Positions 42,773-49,626 of a stretch of DNA of 53,041 bases are shown in pieces (position 1 is the first letter of the stretch; each line of letters starts with the position of its first letter). The notes under the pieces are model-generated. The model was given only the letters and a program-made list of their open reading frames with translations. It was not told the DNA's origin and did no database searches. The translations under genes and the position numbers were made by a program. Source of the DNA: a virus; IMG/VR virus record IMGVR_UViG_3300011415_000004; one strand, 5' to 3'.

Positions 42773-43104
42773 CCGCACCCGTCGATGACATGGAGACGGA
42801 GATTGAGCGTCTCACCGCCGAGGTTCACCGCCTCGACACCAAGAATGCCGACCTCCAGACCGAATGCGAAGACCTCAAGGCCGACAACGACCGTCTCATA
42901 GAGGAGGCCGTGGCGGCCCAAATCGAACTGGAGGACCTGGGGGACGTCGGCCACGACCTCTCCTTCGAGGCGGTCGATGACGCCATCCAGGAGGCCCATG
43001 CCCGAGCCCATCACGTCGGCCACTGGCGATCGTGTCCGAACCTCGTATGCCGCGGGCTGGAGGAGTGGATGCTCCACGCTCGCAAGGAGATCGGGCTCCG
43101 GTGA
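42769..43104 (+). CDS. coiled-coil protein
   Basis: ORF track. ATGA overlap with the upstream gene. Confidence 0.6.
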   Translation: MTAPVDDMETEIERLTAEVHRLDTKNADLQTECEDLKADNDRLIEEAVAAQIELEDLGDVGHDLSFEAVDDAIQEAHARAHHVGHWRSCPNLVCRGLEEWMLHARKEIGLR

Positions 43105-43421
43105 CCGTCACTGTCGAGGAGGTCGCGCTCAAGGCCCAGGAGCGCCTCGGGGTCGACGCGGTCGCGTGGGCCCTGCTCCAGGAGACGACCCGGACGGTGA
43201 TCCTCCGGGCGTGCCTCGGCAAGGTCCCGATGGGGCTCCACGCGGCGAAGTCCGTGGAGCGCGTGCACCGGGCCGAGGGCGAGCGTCAGACGGCCTACCG
43301 CTGCCCGTTCTCCCCGCCGGACGCCCACTGGCATATCGGCCACGTCCCGTCGATCGAGACGGTGGCGACGATCGCCCTCGCGGTGCGGGACCTCCACGGA
43401 AACCTTCCCAACCCGGGTTGA
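43101..43421 (+). CDS. hypothetical protein
   Basis: GTGA overlap with the upstream gene. Its stop lies inside the P7 -35 region. Confidence 0.55.
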   Translation: MTVTVEEVALKAQERLGVDAVAWALLQETTRTVILRACLGKVPMGLHAAKSVERVHRAEGERQTAYRCPFSPPDAHWHIGHVPSIETVATIALAVRDLHGNLPNPG

Positions 43422-43446
43422 CAGTTCCGCGAGGATCCCCCATACT
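43408..43446 (+). promoter_or_regulatory. promoter-operator repeat P7 (TTGACA 43418-43423, 17-nt spacer, CATACT 43441-43446)
   Basis: CCAACCCGGGTTGACAGTTCCGCGAGGATCCCCCATACT. The leader carries CCACCCCAAGGAG before GTG 43478. Confidence 0.7.
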
Positions 43447-43477
43447 GGACCTCGAACCACCACCCCAAGGAGAAGCC

Positions 43478-43756
43478 GTGCCCACCATCACGAACTACCT
43501 GACCGAGAAGTTCCTCCAGCCCGAGGAGGCTCAGGCCCTCATCGAGGAGCACGGGGAGCACGCGGGGGTCGTCCTCGTGACGAGGCTCGCGGACGGGACG
43601 ACCGTTACCGACGTTCCCACGATCCGCCGGATCGTGAGGGTCGCCCGGGTGTACGGCCTCGTTCTGGCCGACCTGGCCGAGTTCCGCGCCGCCAAGGGTT
43701 GGGCGATCCCGCTGGAGGCGAAGGACCTCGTCTACTACGAGCCCGACCGTGGGTAG
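43478..43756 (+). CDS. hypothetical protein
   Basis: GTG in frame with ORF 42977..43756, 7 nt after the AAGGAG box. Confidence 0.55.
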   Translation: MPTITNYLTEKFLQPEEAQALIEEHGEHAGVVLVTRLADGTTVTDVPTIRRIVRVARVYGLVLADLAEFRAAKGWAIPLEAKDLVYYEPDRG

Positions 43757-43831
43757 GGGCCAGGGCTCCCACGTCGACCTCCGCCGCCTGGCAGACTCAA
43801 CCCCCGTGGAACCCTCACCCCAGGAGAGCCC

Positions 43832-44506
43832 ATGATCGAGGTCCGCTTCCGGCCCTTCACCACCTGGCCCCAGGTCGAGACCCGCGACCGGAAGCGGGCG
43901 CTGTTCCACGCCTCGTGGTCCTCGACGCTCGCGGGTCTCAACGCCGAACTCCGAGCCCTCGACGCGAAGGACGTGGTGATCGAGACCGCCCACACCCAGC
44001 GCGACATCCGTAACGACGGCTGGCCGCGCTCCGATGCCAGAGTCCCACCCATGCCCGGCGTCATCCTGTCCTTCGGATCGAAGCACGGGCCGCTCCGCTA
44101 CCTGACCGACGCCTTCTCCCAAGGTGGCTACCAGCGGGGCTCGGGCGGCATCGGTGGCTCCTGGATGCCGGGCTGGCAGGCCAACCTTCGAGCGATCGCC
44201 CTCGGGCTCGAAGCCCTCCGCGCCGTCGACCGCTACGGGGTGTCCCGACGCGGCGAGCAGTACCGGGGCTGGAACGAACTCCCGAGCGGGATCGAGATGG
44301 GCCCGGCCATGACGATCGAGGAGGCCGCGACGATCCTGGAGGGATACTGGGGCGTCATGGTGCCCTTGCCCGACTGGACCCCCGAGCACGTCGAGGACCT
44401 CTACCGCCGCGCCGCCAAGGAGACCCACCCCGATACGGGCGGGGACCCCGACGAGTTCCGCCGAGTGGCTACGGCTCACGCGCTCCTCAAGGACTACGTC
44501 CGATGA
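43832..44506 (+). CDS. J-domain (DnaJ-like) protein
   Basis: The C-terminal LYRRAAKETHPDTGGDPDEFRRVATAHALL contains the HPD motif. CCCTCACCCCAGGAG box upstream. Confidence 0.7.
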   Translation: MIEVRFRPFTTWPQVETRDRKRALFHASWSSTLAGLNAELRALDAKDVVIETAHTQRDIRNDGWPRSDARVPPMPGVILSFGSKHGPLRYLTDAFSQGGYQRGSGGIGGSWMPGWQANLRAIALGLEALRAVDRYGVSRRGEQYRGWNELPSGIEMGPAMTIEEAATILEGYWGVMVPLPDWTPEHVEDLYRRAAKETHPDTGGDPDEFRRVATAHALLKDYVR

Positions 44507-44787
44507 GGCTCGCCTCGAAGATCGCCCTCCTCCTAAGCCCGGACCTCCACGCCGTGGCGGCCAGGCTCCAGAAGGCCGACAGGAGCCTCCAGGCGGCCCA
44601 GGACGGCCTCGCCGGGGTCATGGGTGGTGTCACCGCCCGGACGTGCGACCCCGAGGTCCTGGCCGTCGTGAAGGAGGCGGGTCTCGATCTGGCCGCCGGA
44701 CGCTTCGACGTGATCGGCGCGAGGGCGGAGCTCACCGGCCGTGGACCCGAGGCCCTCCTCCCTGACGACCCACCCGCGCCGCGGTAA
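44503..44787 (+). CDS. hypothetical protein
   Basis: ORF track. ATGA overlap with the upstream gene. Confidence 0.55.
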   Translation: MRLASKIALLLSPDLHAVAARLQKADRSLQAAQDGLAGVMGGVTARTCDPEVLAVVKEAGLDLAAGRFDVIGARAELTGRGPEALLPDDPPAPR

Positions 44788-44824
44788 CGTCTCCGGGATC
44801 GACCGCCCCACCAGGAGGCCACCC

Positions 44825-44977
44825 ATGAAGGCATCGGCAGGAGAACTCGGGGACCGCGCTCCCCGCGAGCGCGGCAAGAACCGAGTCGTCCCCCAGGCCG
44901 TGGCCGAGTCCGCGGCGCTCAAGGAGGCCCGTGAGGCCGCCTCGAAGCCGAAGGGCCGCGCCAAGAAGAAGGCGTAG
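44825..44977 (+). CDS. small basic protein (50 aa)
   Basis: CCAGGAGG 6 nt upstream of the ATG. In frame with ORF 44741..44977. Confidence 0.45.
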   Translation: MKASAGELGDRAPRERGKNRVVPQAVAESAALKEAREAASKPKGRAKKKA

Positions 44978-45140
44978 CCCGAGACCCTCCCGGCCCCCGA
45001 GCGGGGGACCACGGCCTAGCCTCACAGTCCGGAACGGCCGCCGGGCGTCGACCTGACGGGGTCGGTAGGGGCGGGTTGCTCACCCTTCGGGGCGGGCCTC
45101 GTGGATCCCCGCTCGGGGGCCGGGTCGCGCTCGGGGGCGA

Positions 45141-45161
45141 ACTACCTAGAAACTAGATAGT
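45141..45161. promoter_or_regulatory. AT-rich palindrome ACTACCTAG-AAA-CTAGATAGT (candidate operator or origin element)
   Basis: 9-nt arms with one mismatch. It is the most AT-rich spot I saw in the genome, 6 nt upstream of the P8 block. Confidence 0.4.
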
Positions 45162-45166
45162 TGGCA

Positions 45167-45205
45167 CCAACCGGGGTTGACAACGTCACACCCAGGCCTC
45201 ATACT
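45167..45205 (+). promoter_or_regulatory. promoter repeat P8 (TTGACA 45177-45182, 17-nt spacer, CATACT 45200-45205)
   Basis: CCAACCGGGGTTGACA core. ATG 45211 lies 6 nt after the -10, implying a leaderless mRNA. Confidence 0.7.
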
Positions 45206-45210
45206 GGGGC

Positions 45211-45420
45211 ATGACCGCCGTCCGGATCAAGGACCTCCCCAAGAACCGCCGGGACCTGGCCTACTCGATCATCTCCGACGCCAGGCTCACGTCCGACGAG
45301 GACGCCGCCATCCGTGGGGCCGCCCACGACTTCACCGAAGGGATCGGCTACGGCCTCCGCGAGTGGGTCGCCGCCCGTCGCGGCATCACCCATGACGAAG
45401 CCTTCGAGGTGATCCGGTGA
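45211..45420 (+). CDS. hypothetical protein, leaderless
   Basis: ORF track. The ATG sits at the predicted transcription start of P8. Confidence 0.6.
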   Translation: MTAVRIKDLPKNRRDLAYSIISDARLTSDEDAAIRGAAHDFTEGIGYGLREWVAARRGITHDEAFEVIR

Positions 45421-45599
45421 CGATGATCTTCCACCCTGCCGCCGACCAGAAGGGCAAGTGGCACCGGGCGAACACCGTCACCGACACCGCCAAGTGCGGC
45501 CGCCCCGTGGTCCTCGACCGACAGGCCGGGGCCATCCATTTCCACAAGGGCGAGCGCCGACTCCCGATCCTCTGCGGCCTCTGTGTGAGGGCGAAGTGA
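45417..45599 (+). CDS. hypothetical Cys-containing protein
   Basis: ORF track. GTGA overlap with the upstream gene. Confidence 0.55.
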   Translation: MTMIFHPAADQKGKWHRANTVTDTAKCGRPVVLDRQAGAIHFHKGERRLPILCGLCVRAK

Positions 45600-45865
45600 C
45601 CGGCCTCCGCTACGCCCACTCCGTCCGCGAGATCCAGGCCGGAGACGCCGCCTATCTCGGCCACGACTCGGTCGCCTTCGGGACGGAGTTCGTCCCGGTG
45701 ATCGTCGTCCGGGTGAACCAGGTCACCGCCACCGTCCGAACGAAGAACGGACAGGACCGGGTGAGCATGGCCGCCGAACGTAACAACGCCTACCTGATCT
45801 TCGCCGGAGCCGACGAGGACGAGGACCACGACGTGATCCGAACCCAACTGGTCGCCGCCCCGTGA
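45596..45865 (+). CDS. hypothetical protein
   Basis: GTGA overlap with the upstream gene. In frame with ORF 45458..45865. Confidence 0.55.
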   Translation: MTGLRYAHSVREIQAGDAAYLGHDSVAFGTEFVPVIVVRVNQVTATVRTKNGQDRVSMAAERNNAYLIFAGADEDEDHDVIRTQLVAAP

Positions 45866-46026
45866 ACGGCGGTACCGACCACCAGGTGGCCCTTGCCGTG
45901 GAGCCCAGCCTCGCCATGGTGCCCCTCCTTCGGGGCGATGCCTTCGATGAGGGCTCCCGCATCGAGTGCCCGCACCTCACGGAGGAGGAGGCCCTCGACC
46001 TCACCCGGCGCGCACGCACGCGTTAG
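45862..46026 (+). CDS. hypothetical small protein (54 aa)
   Basis: GTGA overlap with the upstream gene. Translated by hand: VNGGTDHQVALAVEPSLAMVPLLRGDAFDEG... Confidence 0.4.
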   Translation: MNGGTDHQVALAVEPSLAMVPLLRGDAFDEGSRIECPHLTEEEALDLTRRARTR

Positions 46027-46045
46027 TGGGGACTACACTCCCCAC
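46026..46045. promoter_or_regulatory. inverted repeat GTGGGGA-N6-TCCCCAC immediately upstream of the RHH gene
   Basis: 7-bp perfect arms ending 1 nt before ATG 46047. Confidence 0.4.
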
Positions 46046-46046
46046 C

Positions 46047-46400
46047 ATGCCGCGCCCCCGTACCTACGTCCGCCGCGTCGACACGAAGGTCCGCATCCGT
46101 GAGGACCAGACCGACGCCCTGGCCGCCCGTCAGGAGGAGACCGGCCTGTCGAGGAACCGCCTGATCGAGCAGGCCATCGACCTCCTCCTGGAGAAGCCGA
46201 TCGCCCCCCGCCTCGTGAAGGCCCCGGCGGACCCGAGGATCGTGAAGGCCTCGAAGGAAGCGGCGGCCCGCACGTCCCCGCGCCTCACCTCCGTCGGGGA
46301 GTCCGCCTCGAAGGCGAGCCAAAGGGCCGCCGCCGCGTCCGGCCGCCTCCCTGGTGCGACGCCCGCGAAGACCCGGCGCTCACCCCGACCCAGGATCTAG
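46047..46400 (+). CDS. ribbon-helix-helix (CopG/Arc-like) DNA-binding protein with basic tail
   Basis: KVRIREDQTDALAARQEETGLSRNRLIEQAIDLLL. Confidence 0.6.
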   Translation: MPRPRTYVRRVDTKVRIREDQTDALAARQEETGLSRNRLIEQAIDLLLEKPIAPRLVKAPADPRIVKASKEAAARTSPRLTSVGESASKASQRAAAASGRLPGATPAKTRRSPRPRI

Positions 46401-46409
46401 GAGACGACC

Positions 46410-46724
46410 ATGCCCCAGCCCCGCATCCAGAACGAGCCGGGCCCCACGGTGGAGCCCCCCGAGGAAGTCGATCCGATCGTGCCCTTCGACCAGATGACCG
46501 AGGAGCAGAAGGTGGCGATGGCCGACGCGATCGAGGACCTCCAGGAGCGAGCCCAGGACCTCGTAGCCTCCGGCCAGGCGGCCGACTTGGGCGAAGCCGT
46601 CGAGATGATCCGCTACGCCGTCGAGCCCACCGCCGCGGAGCGCCGCGCCGCCAGGGGCCCCCGCCAGCCGAAGGCCCCTCGACTCCGGGAGGACCTGTTC
46701 GGCAACATCGGGGGGATCCGGTGA
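46410..46724 (+). CDS. hypothetical acidic protein
   Basis: ORF track. Confidence 0.55.
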   Translation: MPQPRIQNEPGPTVEPPEEVDPIVPFDQMTEEQKVAMADAIEDLQERAQDLVASGQAADLGEAVEMIRYAVEPTAAERRAARGPRQPKAPRLREDLFGNIGGIR

Positions 46725-46828
46725 TCGCGCTCCTCAAGGACACCGTCGCCGTGCTCAAGGCCCTCTGGGAGGACCTGCCGAACATCCTCGACCGCTACGC
46801 CGACCGGATCACCAGGAACCAGCGATGA
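46721..46828 (+). CDS. hypothetical small protein (35 aa)
   Basis: GTGA and ATGA overlaps at its two ends. Confidence 0.4.
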   Translation: MIALLKDTVAVLKALWEDLPNILDRYADRITRNQR

Positions 46829-47475
46829 CGACCCAGGTAGGGGACGTCCTCCCCGAGGTCCTCCAGCAGGCCCGCACCTGGAGCGCCCAGCGTCACGTCC
46901 GACCCGACCACTCGGACCGCAAGATCGGACGCCGGACACGCCTCGATGCCGGGCTCATCGACCGGATCACCGATGAGATCCAAGCCGGGACCACCATCGT
47001 CCACGCGTGCGAAGCCCTTGGCATCCCCGAGTCCACGTTCCACTCCTGGAAGGCCAGAGGACGCAAGGCCCAGGATGCGAGAGACACGGGTGGCGCGATC
47101 CCCCAGGGCGAGCGGATCTACGTGGAGTTCCTGGAGGCGACAGAGGCCGCCCGTGCCTCTGCGTTCACCGAGGTCGCCCAGGCCCTCAAGCGCCTGGCCC
47201 TCGGGGAGGCCGTCTCGGAGATCGAGGTGGTGTACGACGAGGAGACCGAGGAGGAGGTGGCTCGGGTCATCCGGTTCGAGAAGCCGTCGGAGCGGGCCAT
47301 GGAGTTCTTCCTTGAGCGGGGCGCACCCGCCCTGTACGCCAAGCGGGTCGAAGTGTCGGGCCCGGACCAGTCGGCCATCCCCGTCGAAGTGGAGGTCTCG
47401 GCTCGGGAGTCGATCCGGAAGCGCCTCGATAGAACCCGGTCACGGCTATTGCCTGACGACGTCGAAGCATCATAG
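46825..47475 (+). CDS. terminase small subunit candidate (HTH type)
   Basis: IVHACEALGIPESTFHSWKARG (HTH), then FLEATEAARASAF... and ...AMEFFLERGAPALYAKR. This resembles the common HTH-type TerS family as I recall it. Confidence 0.5.
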   Translation: MTTQVGDVLPEVLQQARTWSAQRHVRPDHSDRKIGRRTRLDAGLIDRITDEIQAGTTIVHACEALGIPESTFHSWKARGRKAQDARDTGGAIPQGERIYVEFLEATEAARASAFTEVAQALKRLALGEAVSEIEVVYDEETEEEVARVIRFEKPSERAMEFFLERGAPALYAKRVEVSGPDQSAIPVEVEVSARESIRKRLDRTRSRLLPDDVEAS

Positions 47476-47514
47476 ACTCAACCCAGGTTTACCCTCACCC
47501 CAGGAGCACACCCC

Positions 47515-48243
47515 ATGGACTACCTACTCGTGGCCTCGCTGATCGCTATCGCCGTCGGCGGAGTCCTGCTTTGGTTCCGAGCCCGGGACCTTCAAGGCCA
47601 GGTGGCCGACGCCAAGGCCGAGACCGACGCGGCCGAGTTCGAGCGGACCCGCATCACCCAGCACGTCGAGGACATCCTCGTCCCCCTCACTTGGGCATGG
47701 GACCTCGGTCCCCGAGAGGGCTTCGACGGGATCGACCGCCTCCGGGTGTACCTGGTGGCCGCCTACCTCGAAGCCCAGAAGGCCCTCCTGCTGGACGACG
47801 TCGAGATGACCGAGCAGATCATCGCGGCACGGGTCGCCGTCCCACCGCGCCGCCTCCCGCGCTACCCCCAGGTCCCCCCGTTCCTCGCGGGCACACCGAA
47901 CGCCCCAAGCCTGGGGCTACCGACCTCGGCCGTCACCGGCTTCCTCCCCCAGGACTCGGCAGACGGTCAGAGCGCCGACGATGCGCCGCACGCCCCCCCG
48001 ACACCGGCTCAGCGTGTCGAGGCCTACAGGTACTTCACCGCCCACCTGGTCCACGGCACGACCGTTGAGCACGACGTGATCGAGTGGGCCGAGGTCGACC
48101 GCGACACCTGGGAGCAGGCCGGGGACGACCCGACCGTCTGTGACCGCTGGAGGGTCGACGCCTTCACCCCGTCCCAGCGCCTCCAGATGCCGAAGGGCGT
48201 CCGGGAGATCATCTTCGGAGCCAGCCAAGGAGAGCCAACATGA
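47515..48243 (+). CDS. membrane-anchored protein
   Basis: N-terminal TM segment (YLLVASLIAIAVGGVLLWF). CCCTCACCCCAGGAG box upstream. Confidence 0.6.
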   Translation: MDYLLVASLIAIAVGGVLLWFRARDLQGQVADAKAETDAAEFERTRITQHVEDILVPLTWAWDLGPREGFDGIDRLRVYLVAAYLEAQKALLLDDVEMTEQIIAARVAVPPRRLPRYPQVPPFLAGTPNAPSLGLPTSAVTGFLPQDSADGQSADDAPHAPPTPAQRVEAYRYFTAHLVHGTTVEHDVIEWAEVDRDTWEQAGDDPTVCDRWRVDAFTPSQRLQMPKGVREIIFGASQGEPT

Positions 48244-48440
48244 CCGCCCGCACCCGATCGAAGGCGGCCCTGTTCGCCGCGCTCGCCGCGCTCCTCGCGG
48301 TCCTCACCCTCTCGTCGGTGACGACGAAGGTGTTCCCCAAGTGGGGCGTCTACGGCATGGACGAGGGCATCGGTGACGGGCCGGTCCACTGGCTGAGTGA
48401 CCCGCGCATCGGGCTCTCGTACTCGGCGGTAGCACCATGA
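48240..48440 (+). CDS. secreted or membrane small protein; C-terminus ...SAVAP joins the cassette array
   Basis: ORF track. Signal-like AALFAALAALLAVLTLSS. Its stop is part of junction J0. Confidence 0.55.
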   Translation: MTARTRSKAALFAALAALLAVLTLSSVTTKVFPKWGVYGMDEGIGDGPVHWLSDPRIGLSYSAVAP

Positions 48441-48736
48441 GCCCCGAGCCCGCCGAGCAGTCTGGCGAAGGTGTTGCAGTCCTCGACCGTCGCAAGGTGG
48501 CCCACTTCGATCGGCTCGACTCTCAGGGTCGCATCGACCGAGACAGCGGTGCATGGGACCACGACCGCAACGTTCGCCCTGCTCATTGCGCCCGTTGCGG
48601 GTCGCCGCTGGCCGCTGGGGATGGCACAGCCGTCAACACGTTCATGGCCGACTGCTACCGAGCGAGCACCGGCTACCTGTGCTCCGGCTGCGGGCACTCC
48701 GGCAGAACTGCCGATTCCGGCCCGGTGAAGCCATGA
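48437..48736 (+). CDS. cassette M1: zinc-ribbon protein (99 aa), MSPEP...GPVKP
   Basis: ORF track. HCARCG...CSGCGH. Confidence 0.6.
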   Translation: MSPEPAEQSGEGVAVLDRRKVAHFDRLDSQGRIDRDSGAWDHDRNVRPAHCARCGSPLAAGDGTAVNTFMADCYRASTGYLCSGCGHSGRTADSGPVKP

Positions 48737-48882
48737 GCCCCGAGCCGCGCTGTCCGACATGCGGAAGCGCCAATCCGATGTTCCGCTGCAACCTGTGGTG
48801 GAAGGGCGCGTTTGCTGGCGTCTGTCCCGACGAGTGGCATCCGTCCGGGGCTTCGTCCCCCGGCGCGGCGGTGAAGCCATGA
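48733..48882 (+). CDS. cassette M2: Cys-rich protein (49 aa), MSPEP...AAVKP
   Basis: In frame with ORF 48553..48882. RCPTCG...FRCN...VCPDEWH. ATGA overlaps at both ends. Confidence 0.55.
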   Translation: MSPEPRCPTCGSANPMFRCNLWWKGAFAGVCPDEWHPSGASSPGAAVKP

Positions 48883-49154
48883 GCCCCGAACGTGATCCTG
48901 CGTGCGTGGAGCGGTGGCCTGAGTGCGAGGACGGCGACTACGACCCCCGTTGTTGCCGGTTCCCTAAGTCATGCAGTCCGACCCCGCCCGGTGAGGCCAT
49001 GAGCACCGAGCCCGAGTGCTCCGCTTGTGAGGGAACAGGTCACGCTGAGCCGCAACCACCTCGTGGCTCCTGCCTGCCGCCGCCGTATTCTCTGCTGCTG
49101 TCGTGCTGCCACGGCTGCGAAGTGTGTGGCGGAACCGGGGGGGTAGCACCATGA
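48879..49154 (+). CDS. cassette M3 (91 aa): two modules fused in frame across a degenerate junction at 48999
   Basis: MSPERDPACVERWPECEDGDYDPRCCRFPKSC...GEA, then MSTEPECSACEGTGH...CCHGCEVCGGTGGVAP, which carries two CxxCxGxG knuckles. Confidence 0.55.
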   Translation: MSPERDPACVERWPECEDGDYDPRCCRFPKSCSPTPPGEAMSTEPECSACEGTGHAEPQPPRGSCLPPPYSLLLSCCHGCEVCGGTGGVAP

Positions 49155-49300
49155 GCGCCTCGGGCCAGTGCTTCATCTGTGGGCGAACGTTGCCGCTCTC
49201 AGACTTCCCGAACCCGCAGGCTGACCGGCTCATCTGCAACGCCCACTACCCGGCGCTCCTATTCGATGTCAACGCCGATCCCGGCCCGGTGAAGCCATGA
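49151..49300 (+). CDS. cassette M4: Cys-rich protein (49 aa), ...GPVKP
   Basis: In frame with ORF 49103..49300. QCFICG...LICNAH. Confidence 0.55.
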   Translation: MSASGQCFICGRTLPLSDFPNPQADRLICNAHYPALLFDVNADPGPVKP

Positions 49301-49401
49301 GACCCGAGCCCCGCTCGGAACCGGAGCCGACCGAGGCGTGCACCGACTACGGGCACCACGGTCGCGAGCGGTGCGTGTTCTGCGGGGCGGTAGCACCGTG
49401 A
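49297..49401 (+). CDS. cassette M5: Cys-rich protein (34 aa), MRPEP...GAVAP
   Basis: Translated by hand: MRPEPRSEPEPTEACTDYGHHGRERCVFCGAVAP. Confidence 0.5.
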   Translation: MRPEPRSEPEPTEACTDYGHHGRERCVFCGAVAP

Positions 49402-49626
49402 GCACCTTCAAGCCAGCACCTCCGCACAACCCGCTCAAAGGCCCGGCCGTCTGTCTGTGCATTGACTGCTGCCGGGTCGTGGACGCCAAGCGGTGCGATG
49501 CCGTAAGCCCCCGAGGGCGTCCGCTGTGGCACGTACAAGCATCCAGGGCGTAACCACTACCCCATCACCGAGACCACGTTCCAGATCGTGGACGAACGAC
49601 TCGCGGCCGGTCCGGTGAAGCCTTGA
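49398..49626 (+). CDS. cassette M6: Cys-rich protein; reaches the canonical ...GPVKP end only with a +1 frame change at C5 49508-49512 (as assembled it stops at 49553)
   Basis: GTG start inside junction J5. With one C fewer it reads ...RCDAVSPEGVRCGTYKHPGRNHYPITETTFQIVDERLAAGPVKP*, ending in junction J6. Confidence 0.45.
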
